This document shows, piece by piece, positions 13,469 to 26,179 of a stretch of 64,000 nt of DNA (position 1 is the first letter of the stretch; each line of letters starts with the position of its first letter). The position numbers and the translations under genes were made by a program. This stretch comes from Octopus sinensis (lineage: Eukaryota). Location: the NCBI RefSeq assembly GCF_006345805.1, contig NC_043008.1:55924001-55988000 (forward strand). The letters are read 5' to 3'. The notes below the pieces were generated by a model. The model had not been told where the DNA came from, did no database searches, and saw only the letters and a program-made list of their open reading frames with translations.

Positions 13469-13577
13469 TGCCTTTTTTCGTTGCATTGCGGCAGGGGGGG
13501 GAGGGTTCCGGCAGAGAGGAGAGAGGGAGAGGGAGAGAGAGTGGTGGGGGTGCATGTAATATAGGGGAGCACCAGTG

Positions 13578-14272
13578 GCGAACGAATGGCGGGCTGCGAA
13601 GATTTTGATTGGGGACAGTAGACTTAAAACAATCGGGGTTTGAAGAAATGAACAGAGTAACGAACAAATTAACTTGGTACCGAGGGGATAAACAAATTAA
13701 AGGGTTATATTTTAAGAACGAGCAGAATTAGTGAATAGATTCAAACATTTAAGGGTTAGCAGCAAATGTATGTGTGTAGTACAAGAGTCAGGAAGAGATG
13801 AAATGAGAATTCTTAGCTTGCTTGCTATGATCATCGCTGTGTGGTCAAGAAGGGGTGAATGAAAGATAAGCACACGAGGTGATTATTTATATAGGTTCAC
13901 CGGAAGTGGGTTGGAAAGACGGAAGTTTTGATTGAAAGTAATGGCGGAGGACGAACGAAATATCTTCATACCGAGGCATTTAAAAAAATTTTTAAGAATT
14001 TAAACCGCGAATGAATGGCGGGCTGCGAAGATTTTGATTGGGGACAGTAGACTTAAAACAATCGGGGTTTGAAGAAATGAACAGAGTAACGAACAAATTA
14101 ACTTGGTACCGAGGGGATAAACAAATTAAAGGGTTATATTTTAAGAACAAGCAGAATTAGTGAATAGATTCGAACATTTAAGGGTTAGCAGCAAATGTAT
14201 GTGTGTAGTACAAGAGTCAGGAAGAGATGAAATGAGAATTCTTAGCTTGCTTGCTATGATCATCGCTGTGTG
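13578..14272. repeat. A-B-A direct repeat: 266-bp units (13578-13843, 14007-14272) with a 163-bp spacer
   Basis: The units differ at 3 positions by eye. There are no TG..CA termini. Confidence 0.9.
13857..13926 (-). promoter_or_regulatory. Candidate Pol II core promoter, antisense to MYO9
   Basis: On the minus strand: two ETS-type ACTTCCG motifs (13900-13907, 13919-13926), TATATAAA (13886-13893) and Inr-like TCATTC (13857-13862), with the TATA first T 33 nt upstream of the Inr A. Confidence 0.4.
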
Positions 14273-14413
14273 AAAATAGTGTACATTTAAGCACATGAGA
14301 AAACTACCTTTAACAGGTAGTTTTTACACGCTAGAAGAAGCAGTCAAAAGAGCAATTTTCGAATTTTCACTGGTGGTGTAATTTCTAAAAATATTCCCCA
14401 CCTTATATATTTT

Positions 14414-14446
<33 letters not shown>

Positions 14447-14899
14447 AATATATATATATGTATATATATTATATGTTTGTGTGTATGTGGTGAGGGTGAT
14501 GTAATTCAATTAGCTAGAGTCAATATTGGTTGAAAGTAATTTTTCCCTATGTATCTATTTCCCAATTCCTCTTTGGCCTGTTTGGAACTCCAGTAGAGCT
14601 GACTGAGAAGCCAGTATTAATAGCCACCGAAGGAAATTTTGTCTTAGCTTATACTGGATCCAGTTAACTGCATTAAATTATTCCATTTCTATTTTTGGTA
14701 TTGAGTACCTTTGCACCATGTTTGTTACCATTTACATGCTTTTCGTTCCTTTCTATCTCTGATTTCCATGTTAGCATGGGTTACATGTAAATATTATTGA
14801 TGCATTGTTTTACAGCTGGGTACTCTTCCTGTCACTAACTCAAATGCTTTTTCACTCATACACATATCTCTCCCTGTACCCATCTCTATATATGAATAC

Positions 14900-15170
14900 A
14901 ATCTTATACATACATACACCATTTTGCCTCCTCCTCCTCCCTTCCTAACATCTCTTATATAACCACGTTCAAACCTGACCCCTAACACTTTTTTTCCCTG
15001 TCACCATATCTCGTTTTATCTTTCCCACCTCCTTTTTACATCTTTCAATTTTTTTCTGATGAAGAGCTAGTGTCTGAAATATCAAGACTCTTTTCCTTCT
15101 TTTTTAAGCATTAAACTAAAACTATATTTGTTAAACCTTGTCCCTGTGTTCTCTTCTTTTTGTAACCTAA
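14900..15170 (+). mobile_element. Penelope-like terminal-repeat-derived element, diverged copy (a)
   Basis: Pyrimidine-rich leader, hammerhead motif, then a tail (tttttaagcattaaactaaaactatatttgtt..ccttgtccctgtgtt) loosely similar to copies b-e. Confidence 0.5.
15052..15087 (+). ncRNA. Minimal type I hammerhead ribozyme motif, core intact
   Basis: tttt-CTGATGA-aga/gctagtg/tct-GAAA-t-ATC-aaga. Helix III is the palindrome ATAT; predicted cleavage after C15083. Confidence 0.55.
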
Positions 15171-16398
15171 CACACACACACACACACATACACACATCTG
15201 TGTGTGTATACAGGTTTTTAATGACAAATGAATGGAAGAGCATTCAGTACATGTAGAGTTTATATATTTAAAAATCGTTGATATTTCACTGGGTTTACTG
15301 TTTACCATTAGGGTGGGATGATTGTGTTAAAGTTGGTAGGGTTACTTTTGGAAGTACTTAAGTATGTCTAACCATACAAGACTAATGTCATCATCAGGTC
15401 CACTAACTGGTGCCAATATTGCACTGGGTGAAACTTTGATCTTTTCTCTCTATAATATGAAGTATTTACTCCATGGCCGTGTAGTTAAAAAGCATATTTT
15501 GTAACATAATGGTTTCAGGTTCAGCCCCATTGTGTGGCACCTTGAGCATGTGTCTTCTGCTATAGCCTTAAGCCAACCAATTCACTAATCCTGATTTTTG
15601 GCAGTACAGATCAGTTTTTATATGTTTGTTTATTTTTGTGGCCAGTGTGCATTTTTGGTTTTTATACCTTAGGCAGTAGCTGAGCACCAGCCATTGCAAC
15701 TTTATGCTGATTCTTCCCATCTACATTTCAGCATATGTCTGAACTGTACTCTGTACCATTTTCTTGTTCCTTCACCTCCCGGTCATTGGAGTCTTGTTTA
15801 CTACTGAGAATAAAAGACAACTTCAGGAAGTTGAGCATTGGGTATATGAACAGGGTGTCCCACTCATCTCAATTCTTGTGCTCTTACTTGTCAAAGGACC
15901 TCTTCATTGATTATTGATTGCTCTGTCCTAAAACTTGCTTCCATAATGCCTGTCCTCTGTTTTTGGTAAAAAGTTTTGATTTGCGTTTCTCTGTAACTAT
16001 GTTTGTTTATGCATCTGCATGTATGTTTTACATGTTTCCACAATGTGCACATATGCACACATGTACACACATGTGTGCATATACATGTGTGTGTAATTAA
16101 AAAGAAAATTATAAGCTACACATTTCCCATCCTCCCTTCCCTATGGCTATCATATTTTGTAGATTCAAAAAGCTGAGATTACTTACTATGGCTAACGTTC
16201 TGCCTGGTGTTTGGTTGGAAAGGAAAGATGGTGGTGGGGAGAGGATTCCAAAGATTTGCAAGTGTAGGAAAGAAGTAGTAGTAGTCGTAGTAGTAGGAGT
16301 TATAGTAGTTGTAGGAGTAGTAGTAGTAGTATTAGTAGTAGTAGTCGTAGTAGTAGTAGTAGTAGGGGGGCATGCTCTGTAACATTGCAAAGCTGTAT

Positions 16399-16790
16399 AC
16401 TCTCTTTTACTTGTTTCAGTCATGTGACAGTGGTCATGCTGGAGCACTGCCTTTAGTCGAGCAAATTGATCCCAGGATCTATTCCTTGTAAGCCCAGTAT
16501 TTATTCTATCGGTCTCTTTTGCCAAACCGCTAAGTTACGTGGGTGTAAACACACCAGCATCGGTTGTCAAGCGATGCTAGGGGGACAAACACCGACACAC
16601 AAACATATACACACACATACATATATACATACATATATATATACATATATACGATGGACTTGTTTTAGTTTCCACCTACCAAATCCACTCACAAGGCATT
16701 GGTTGGCCCGAGGCTACAGTAGAAGACACTTGCCCAAGGTGCCATGCACTACCTCATGATTGTGAGCCTGATGCTCTAACCACTGAGCCA
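16399..16790 (-). mobile_element. SINE family A with a different (E/G-type) head segment
   Basis: Family A body, followed by atgattgtgag..ctctaaccactgagcca. Confidence 0.75.
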
Positions 16791-17585
16791 AAACTACATT
16801 ATTCAGCATCTTCATTTGTTTTAAGATATAGTATGTTATGAGAAAGATTTAGCTGCTATTTCTGGCAGGTTGAGTGAGAACAATCCATTTAGATGATCAG
16901 GGAGTGCTGTAACAGTAGAAGAGACCAAAAAGAATAGAAGACTAGAACAGTAATATTTGCAAGTTCATGGTTATAGTTAGTTTGTGGTTGAGGCCTTCAC
17001 TAATCAGCTGGTTGTCTCTTGTTGAATGTGGTCCAGTTTTGTTTGTGTGTGTAGCAGCCACTGTGATCCAGTTACGTGATCAGTACTCTAAATCTTGCTT
17101 TATTCACTCATATATTTCAGCAGCAGGTCAGGGTCACACTGTAGTATTTAGTTAAGTACCCTTAAGCCTGAGATTTAAAAATAAAAAAAGTATTTCTCCA
17201 TAATGAACACTTACTTTCCGTAGATATTTCAGTGTGTTCTGTGGAGGTCAAGGATATACAGGGAATATAGAGCTTACAGTCATATACAATGTTGCCGCTT
17301 GCCTCCTCTAGTGTGACACAAAATAGACCCTTTGTTGCCATATATGAGGCTTTTGTCTAACTTCTCTGGTTTTACATACAATAGTGAGCTTGCAACCATA
17401 TATGTATATGTGTGTGTGCATGCATCCTTCCTTCCTTCAAGTTCGTTTACGGGGGAAATGTTTGGATTATGCATGTAAAAACTCCTATTATGCTGGCTAC
17501 AGCCTAATGCTGCCAACTGGCAATATCAGTTTTTTGGGGTCACAACAAGCAGTGCCGATATAATGTAGGATAAACATAGTAATAA

Positions 17586-17771
17586 AAATCCTTTCTACTA
17601 AAGGCACAAGGCCTGAAATTTTTGTTTCACTGGTACTTAATTTATTGACCCTCGAAAGGATGAAAGTCAAAGTCGACCTTGGCGGAATTTGAACTCAGAA
17701 TGTTGTGACAGACGAAATACCGCTAAGTATTTCGCCTGGCTGGCTAGTGATTCTGCCAGCTCACCACCTTC
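17586..17771 (-). mobile_element. SINE family C, short-tail variant
   Basis: 14-bp TSD aaacatagtaataa (17572-17585, 17772-17785). Confidence 0.85.
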
Positions 17772-17992
17772 AAACATAGTAATAATAATAATATTCCTTA
17801 GATGGAATTTATAAATATTTTAATGCATTGCTATGCGCGTTTCTACAAATCACATATCTCTTATGATCATATTCCATATTCCTGGGATGATTACAGTACA
17901 GTCCATAGTATCTATGGAGATCGGGGTAGGTCATGTTCATGCATTCATTTCTTTGGGCGATGTGTGTGTGTGTGTTTGTGCAAAATTGAATT

Positions 17993-18425
17993 AATTTTTG
18001 TCTGCCTCTTCTAGTTCAACACAAAATAGAAACCCACAACCATAAATGATGTTTTTGGTCTGTCTTCTCTGGTCTAACAAAGAACTCAAGTCATACAACC
18101 ATATATAACAATCAGTTTTTGGTCCTCCTCCTCTTATTCTGACAAAGAACAGTGATTATGCAACAATATATATATATATAATTTGGGCTTAACTTCTTGG
18201 TTTCATGATATAATTAGTTTTGGTCTGCCTTCTCTGATTTGACAAAAGCAGGAATTTTGCATTTGCGTATGATTATTTGGGCCTGCCTCTTGTGGTTTGA
18301 CATAAAGCAGATTTTTGAAACTATATATATTATTTAGGCCTGCTTCCTCTGGTTTGGATGAAGAACAGAGATCTTGCAGTCATATATATAATGAGTCTTG
18401 GTCTTCCTCCTCTGGTTCTATTTTG
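17993..18425. repeat. Degenerate minisatellite, about 8 units of 36-66 bp
   Basis: Recurring ttttggtctgcctcctctggtttgacaaagaacag followed by a variable AT-rich part. Confidence 0.75.
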
Positions 18426-18911
18426 ATATGCAGTTTAGATAAACATTTTACTGGTTTTACTTTTGTTTACTTCCACAGTGAATCTCAGAAGTTTCCTGTG
18501 AAATATTAACCTTTTCAAAACCATGCGTGGGCCATAACATTTAAACTGTTGTCTTCTGATAAGTTGTCGAAGCAGTTAATGGCTAAATTCAAGTTTTAAG
18601 ATATTCATTTCTTAAGGTAATGTGTCTCATTAAAACATGTTATTTCTGTTTCTTCATTTATTGTTCAGAGCAGAAGGGGTAAACACAACTAGTCACGACT
18701 TGAGGCACACAAGTGAAACACAACTGCTCTAGATAATTGCTCATCCTATTAGGAGGAGAAGCCAGATTTCCATCAGATAAAATGGTCCTGAATACAGTTC
18801 TGAATAAAGGACAGTCAAAGTCGGAACGCTTTTTTATAAAAAGCCTTTTCGATCAGAGTCAAGCAATGACAAGCATACAACAAACACCCTCGTTTTGAAC
18901 TGAAACCTGTT

Positions 18912-19286
18912 TCTCTTTCTCTTTCTCTTGTTTCAGTCATTTGACTGTGGCCATGCTGGAGCGCCACCTTTAGTCAAGCAAATCGACCCCAGGACTTATT
19001 CTTTGGAACCTACTACTTATTCAATTGGTCTATTTTGCCGAACCACTAAGTTATGGGGATGTAAACACACCAGCATTGGTTGTCAAGTGATGTTGGGGGG
19101 ACAAACACAAACACACAAACACACACACACACATACATATATATATACATATATACAGCAGGCTTCTTTCAGTTTTTGTCTACCAAATCCACTCACGAGG
19201 CTTTGGTCAGCCTGAGGCTAAAGCAGTGGGACTGAACCCAGAACCGTGTGGTTCGTAAGTGAGCTACTTACCACACAGCCACTCCT
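18912..19286 (-). mobile_element. SINE family A
   Basis: Same modules; 35-bp deletion in the CORE-like segment by eye (approximate). Confidence 0.85.
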
Positions 19287-20927
19287 ATAATTTTATCCTT
19301 CTATAATTTTATCTACTGTTTTTTTTTGTTGTTTTTTTTTCTGGCATACAAGTTGACTTAGTATATAGAGAAAAAATAGATTGTGAACTTGCAAACATCA
19401 TCACTAGCTTTCCAAATCCTTCTGCATTTTATACGAAGTTTTTGGTCCGCTAAAGGCATTTTGGTGTATAGGCCAACCTACTTTTATTTAAATTATAAAT
19501 TTTGATCTGAAATATTTGACTTCTATACCGGAAAATATGGTAAATGTCTTCTATCTAGTTGTATAATTACATGCTTTATAAAGAAGTTAATTATTTTGCT
19601 GAATCCCTCCAAATGCTTGATTATTTTCAAAACTAATTGAAATCGTATATAGTGTTTCTCAATAGAAATATGGCTACAAAAGAGTTCTAATTGATTACTG
19701 TGTAGATTCTTTCTTTTTTTATTCTTGTCATTGTTACAACTGTTCTTTGACTTGTAGAACATTTTGAATATACCCATTTAACATATTTTAAACATGGGAA
19801 TTAATTATATATGGTTAATTGTTGAATCAAACAAAACTCTTCTTTCAGTTTCCTGTTTCGTATGTTTTGTCCTGAAACAAAAGCTACAGCTGTCCAAATT
19901 AATCAGCTGATGTCCTCCCACTCAGACAATTCATAGTTTGCATCCGTTGGCAGTTGCATTGTTTCCCTGGCTAAAAACTCTAAAATTTTCACAGGTTTCC
20001 TCCACCTACTTGTAAATACATATCCTAGGCAAGTGAAGTCATGGCTAGAAACAAAATCTCTTTGTAATTCACATGAAATTTGTTGATCTCATTTTTATGA
20101 TTTAGTTAGAGATGAAAGGTCAATGCACTCTGTCTTATGTAGGGCCACTAACACTGATGGGTTGGAAAAAGATAAAGAAACATAATTCAGAGGTCACTGT
20201 AATTAAGAAGTAGCACATCAAGACATTGTATTATCCTAATAAGTGCAGTCATGGCTGTACAGTTAAGAGGTTTGCTTTGCAATCTCATGGTTCTGGGTTC
20301 AGTCCCATTTTGTGGCCCCCTTAGGCAAGTGTTTTCTACAATAGCTCCAGGTCAATGAAAGCCTTGTAAGTAAATTTAGTAGGTAGAAACTGAAAGAAGC
20401 CTGTCATATTTATATATATGTGTGTGTGTGTGTCTGTGTGTGTTCTTGTTTTGACATGCTGCATTAATTGTAAACAAATGTCACCGTGATACAATTGGTG
20501 CCGTTTGTTTGCGGTCTTCTGTGGAAACATGTCTGGCCATTGTGTTGTTCATGTTCAAAGGACTAAGGAAAAATGTTACCTTGCATGGAAACACAAAAGG
20601 GTTGGTGACAGCAAGAGCATCCAGCCATAAATAAAAGATCTTCCTTGATGAATTTCATCTTATCTATGAAATCATAGAAAAGTAGGCATTAAAACAATGA
20701 CAATGATGAGGCCAGGTACCTGGTATGAAAGTAGGGGGCAGCTGAAGTTTAGCAACTGAGATACAATCCATCTGTCTGATGGTTTCCTTCTGCCCAATTT
20801 CTTTCACATAGTTTGATTTGACCCAGAGCTGTTACTACAAGATATTTATCCAAAATGTTGTGCAGTGGCCCCCATGATTAGTGAAGAGCTATCTTCTCAA
20901 CCTCATGGCCAAGTTATGGGATAAGTT

Positions 20928-21224
20928 GGTTGTTCCTTCTCGAGCCATGCCTGGCTCATAAGGGCCGGTTTCCTGGTTTCTTGGCATAAAGGTTCCCCAC
21001 CTGGACGGGACGCCGGTCTGTCGCAGGTGAGCTGCAAGATGGAGGAGGAAAGAGTGAGAGAAAGTTGTGGCAAAAGAGTCAGCAGAAGTTTCGCCATTAC
21101 CTTCTGCTGGAGCTGCGTGTAGCTTAGGTGTTTCGCTCATAATCACACACATCGCCTGGTCTGAGATTTGAACCTGCGATCCCTTGACCACGAGTCCGCT
21201 GCTCTAACCACTAGGCCAGGTGCC
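20928..21224 (-). mobile_element. SINE family F (D-type head, E-type tail)
   Basis: TSD atgggataagtt (20916-20927, 21225-21236). Confidence 0.85.
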
Positions 21225-21959
21225 ATGGGATAAGTTCAACTACATTGACATATATGAAAGGGCATCCAGTTGTAGAAGCAGAAATCATGCCAAAGCAGAC
21301 ATTGGAGCTTGATGCAGTCTTCTGGATTGTCAGCTGCTGTTGAGCCATGCCATCATGGAAAACAGACGGGAAATGATGATGATGATGATGATGAGGTTCC
21401 TGGAGCCCAACTTAGTCCCCATTTTTGAATTTTTTTTATTTTGATGTACTTGGTGAGAGAAAGTCAGACTGTAAATTTTATTGATCAGATTTGAATGAAA
21501 TAGATCTGTATTGATCGGTTGCTCCCAGAACTTCCTCTTTGGTTTCTTAGTTTTGTTGTAACAGTTGGACATCTTGGCTAGGTTGTGAATCTATTCACTA
21601 TGATTCAGTTTAATTCATCTGATTAATTATAAAATTATCCTTTTTGTGTTTTTTTTTTTGCATTTTTGTTTTTTTCAAAAAAATATTTTCTTTGATTATT
21701 ATTCAATAAGTAGTCCGTCCCTTTACAGGGTCAGTTTTTTTTCTTCCTGATCTTTTTTTGTCTCTCCCTCTCTCTCCATTTTAATAATGATATTCTAGCT
21801 TTCATTGAAAATTCAAAACTTTTTGTACGATAAATAATTAATAATTTAATTTACATTGTAATAGCTAGTGATGAGGCTTTTTGATATTTAGACATAAAGA
21901 GCACAGTAAAATGATCAATGTGTGTACATACATGTGTGTTTTTTAATTAGTCACACATT

Positions 21960-22340
21960 TGATGATAACGAAATGCCTATGGCATTTGCTAGCCTTGTTC
22001 CTACATTGGTGGTAGCGATGTGGTCAGTATTCACATCCGTTTTTTTTTTTTGCCACAATAGCATAGCTCAGAGGGTGCACAGAGTAGAGCCAATCTGCTT
22101 TGGGCACCATTTCTTAGAGGAGGTACTTTATGTATTTATATTCTGTTTTCCATGGCAAAAGAATGGCAAAGTCAAGGCCCATCCTAAGCAGCACAAATTT
22201 AAGCTATGTCACTACTTCTCCCATACTGGTAACATTGATGTGGTTGATGTTCAGGCTAATATCTTCCACACTGAGGACATTAACAGAGTTTATTTTCAGC
22301 TTCAGCATCTCTAGATCATACGGTTAAGTTTACTTTGCAA
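21960..22340 (-). mobile_element. Possible degenerate gag/ORF1 zinc-knuckle remnant
   Basis: The minus frame reads CPQCGRY*PEHQPHQCYQYGRSSDIA*IC with multiple stops. Confidence 0.25.
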
Positions 22341-22398
22341 TCGCTTAGTTTTGAGATTGGCTAACTTGGTAAATGGAAACTGTGAGAAGCCCCATTGC

Positions 22399-22434
<36 letters not shown>

Positions 22435-22436
<2 letters not shown>

Positions 22437-22661
22437 TCTCTTTCTCTTTTACTTGTTTCAGTCATTTGACTGTGGCCATGCTGGAGCACCGCCTTTAGTC
22501 GAGCAAATCGACCCCAGGACTTATTCTTTGTAAGCCTAGTACTTATACTATCGGTCTCTTTTGCCAAACCGCTAAGTTACGGAGATGTAAACACACCAGC
22601 ATCGGTTGTCAAGCAATGTTGGGGGGGACAAACACAAACACAAATATATACACACACATGC

Positions 22662-22694
<33 letters not shown>

Positions 22695-22878
22695 CACATA
22701 AATATATATATACATATATATGATGGGCTTCTTTCAGTTTCCGTCTACCAGATCCACTCATAAGGCTTTGGTTCGCCCGGGACTATAATAGAAGACACTT
22801 GCCCAAGGTGCCAAGCAGTGGGACTGAACCCGGAACCATGTAGTTCGTAAGCAAGCTACTTACCACACAGCCACTCCT
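22435..22878 (-). mobile_element. SINE family A, full length
   Basis: Same modules; tail abuts (TA)n. Confidence 0.88.
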
Positions 22879-22962
22879 ACGCTTATTAATAAATATATAT
22901 GTATATATCATGGTATTGATCACACTGTTGAATGTTATATATTGAGGGTCACAATGGGCTTC

Positions 22963-23198
22963 ACATTGTTTTAGCTTTCGAATGAGACCACCCTGCTGGC
23001 TAGGGGACCAGGCCAACATTCCCCCTTGATTGGAAGACTCATCTGTTGTAGGGTTACCCATTTGCAGCTGGGTGGACTGGACCAATTTGGAATGAGGTGT
23101 TTTGCTTGAGAATACAATGCACCACTTTGCCCAGGAATCGAACCCATGATCTAGTGACTGTGAATGCAGTACCCTGACTACTAGGCCATGCATCTTCA
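22963..23198 (-). mobile_element. SINE with E-type head/CORE and D-type tail
   Basis: cattgttttagc..tcgaatga..ccaccctgctggc tail joined to cagctgggtggactgg. Confidence 0.65.
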
Positions 23199-23917
23199 TG
23201 TGTGTGTGTGTGTGTGTACATGTGTGTGTGGGGGGAGAGGGAGAGAGCGGGAGAGGGAGAGAGAGAGAGAGAGGGAGAGGGAGAGGGAGAGAGAATGAGT
23301 TTAAAGTGACAAAATAACAGAATTGTTAGGAGTGGTGGAACACCTGCTTAGTAGTATTTCTTGGGTTCTTATCCAGCTGAGGCCGACTTTTTATTGCATC
23401 CCCATTTGGGCTGATAAACCAAGAACACCAATTACTGGTGTCAATGTAATCAGCAATCCCCCCCTCACCCCCTGCCCATAACCTACTCCCAAACTTCAGG
23501 CCTTGAACTTATGTTAGAAACAGTTATTACATATTATAAGTCATGCTAGCCATTTAATATAATATGTATATCTTTTGTACACACACACACACACCATCAT
23601 CATCGTCGTCGTCATCGTCATCATCATCATCATCATCATCATCATTGTCATCATCATCTGTCAGTGTCTTTCATGACTATCCACATCTGTAGCCAGAAGT
23701 GGATTGTCCTCTTCTACTGGTTTCTGTGCTGAGCTTCTGTGATCCAGCTGCTAGTATCAATGTTTAATCTCCTCGCATTGTGTTTATCCACACACACACA
23801 CACACACTCAGACACCATGATATTCAGTCCTATTGTTGTTTAGCCAAAGGTCAGTTCTGATTTAGTAGAATTATGGTCAAATGCTACCAAAAATATTCAC
23901 TATAATGAACATGAAGA

Positions 23918-24550
23918 CATGGCTGTGTGGTTCAGAAGCTTCTTTTCTAACCACATGATCTTGAATTCAACCCCACTGTGTGGCACCTTAGGCAAGTGTC
24001 TTCTCACTATAACCAGGACCAGCCAAAGCCTTGTAAGTAGTTTTTGGTGGACGGAAATTGAAAGAAGCCTGTCGTGTGTATAGATCATTATCATCATCAT
24101 CATCGTTTAACGTTCGCTTTTCATGCTAGCATGGGTTGGACGATTTTGACTGAGGGCTGGCGAACCAGATGACTGCACCAGGCTCCAATCTTGATCTGGC
24201 AGGGTTTCTACAGCTGGATGCCCTTTCTAAGGCCAACCACTTCAAGAGTGTAGTGGGTGCTTTTTATGTGTCACTGGCACAGGGGCCAGTCAGGCGGTAC
24301 TGGCAATGACCTCGCTCGAATTTTTTTACACATGTCACCGGCACAGGTGCTAGTAAGGCGATGTTGGTAACGATCACGTTTGAATGGTGCCCTTTTACGT
24401 GCCACCGGCACAGAAGCCAGTTGGCTGCTCTGATCTCTGTGTCTTTGTTCCCCCATCCATCCAACAGTTGATGATTGGTGTTGTTTGTTTAACCACCTGT
24501 AACTTAGCAGTTCAGAAAAAGAGACCAATAAACTAAGTAGCAGGCTTTAA
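23918..24550 (+). mobile_element. SINE family A interrupted by a family B insertion
   Basis: Head 23918-24080, remainder 24430-24550. Confidence 0.7.
24085..24430 (-). mobile_element. Family B retroposon with multiple internal repeat units
   Basis: Same core plus repeated gtgccaccggcac units. Confidence 0.85.
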
Positions 24551-25012
24551 TGTATATACACCATTGACAGGAAACTTACTGCGTTTTTTTTTCTGAGATA
24601 AAGTCGTTTACAGAATGTAGTGTTTGAACACAATATATATTTTGGAGAGAAATGAAAACCATCCGGACACCAGCTAATGAGAACGCCAGATGCATTTCAT
24701 TGTTGGGCCTTGTCAGTGATGTCTATGTGCAGACAGCCATGTGCCTAGAAGAGATTTGTTGCCTCCTGATGTATAGGAAAGAGTGAATAACACATTCATT
24801 GGTAGTGTGAGTAGCCGCAGGGTTGAATAAACAACCCAATGTATGCAATTGAAGTAGTATTAAGTGACCGTCTACTTAAATTTAATATTTTCTCAGTTGT
24901 GTACACAGGATTGGATAACATAATATGATATACTATATAATATAATATAGTATACATGTGTGTAGTGTATGTATGTGTATGTGTGTATATATAAGAAAAT
25001 ATATACAGGCAC

Positions 25013-25518
25013 AGGCGTGGCTGTGTGGTAGGAAGCTTGCTTCTCAAACATATGGTTCCGGGTTCAGTCCAACTGCGGGACACCTTGAGCAAGTGTCTCA
25101 GGCTGCCCAAAGCCTTGTGAGTTGATTTGGTAGGTGGAAACTGAAAGAAGCCCATTGCGAGCATTGGGCCTCATGAATGCAAGGACCATGACCATTTGGC
25201 ATTATACTGGACTTTGAGTGTTGGGCCTCACAGCAGCAATAACTGAGTCCATTACCATTATGCCACGCATGAAAAGAAAACCCATCAAGCCAGTCGTGGC
25301 AGATACCGGTGTCATGCAAATGACACCCAGGCTGGTGGGATGTAAAAGCACCCACTACACTCTTGAAGTAGTTGGCGTTAGGAAGGGCATCCAGCTGTAG
25401 AAACCATGCAAAAACAGACTGGAGTATGGTGCAGCCTTTCAGCTTCCCAGCCCTGATCAGACAGTCCAACCCATGCCAGTATGGACAACGGACGTTAGAT
25501 GATGATGATGAAGTGTGT

Positions 25519-25561
<43 letters not shown>

Positions 25562-25770
25562 AGCGTGTCTTTGAGTCTGTGTTTATTCCCCCACTAAAAC
25601 TTGACAGATGTTGGTGCGTTTATGTCCTCATAACTTAATGGTTAGGCAAAAAGAGATCAATACAATAAGTAGTAGGCTTACAAAGAATAAGTCCTCAGGG
25701 TAATTTCTTCAATGAGAACCCTTTGAGGCAGTGCTTCAGCATGGCCACAGTCTAATGATTGAAACAAGCA
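25013..25770 (+). mobile_element. SINE family A interrupted by a family B insertion
   Basis: Head 25013-25152, remainder 25560-25770. Confidence 0.7.
25155..25512 (+). mobile_element. Family B retroposon
   Basis: Same core and GAT tail. Confidence 0.8.
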
Positions 25771-25785
25771 ACAATATATATATAT

Positions 25786-26179
25786 ACTCTTTTACTTGTT
25801 TCAGTCATTTGACTGCAGCCATGCTGGAGCACCACCTTTAGTTGAGCAAATTGACCCCAGGACTTATTCTTTGTAAGCCTAGTACTTATTTTATTGGTCT
25901 CTTTGGCTGAACTGCTAAGTTACGGGGATGTAAACACACCAGCATTGGTTGTCAAGCGATGTTGGGAGGACAAACACACACACAAACATATACACACATA
26001 TATATACATATACATATATACGACGTGCTTCTTTCAGTTTCCGTCTACCAAATCCACTCACAAGGCTTTGGTCAGCCCGAGGCTATAGTAGAAGACACTT
26101 GCCCAAGGTGCCACTCAGTAGGACTGAATCCAGAACCATGTGGTTGGTAAGCAAGCTACTTACACCACACAGCCACTCC
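25786..26179 (-). mobile_element. SINE family A, full length
   Basis: Same modules; tail-to-tail with the preceding + copy across a (TA)n. Confidence 0.88.

Noticed and set aside
13578-14272. Canonical LTR retrotransposon or TRIM
   Set aside because: No TG..CA termini, no clear TSD or polypurine tract; kept only as an unexplained direct-repeat element.
17993-18425. Repeat-spacer array as CRISPR
   Set aside because: Eukaryotic context, degenerate repeats, spacers related to each other and of uneven length, no cas genes.
18640-18900. Strong acceptor (ttcatttattgttcAG) as myosin exon 3
   Set aside because: All three downstream frames hit stops early and none encodes AFGNAKT.
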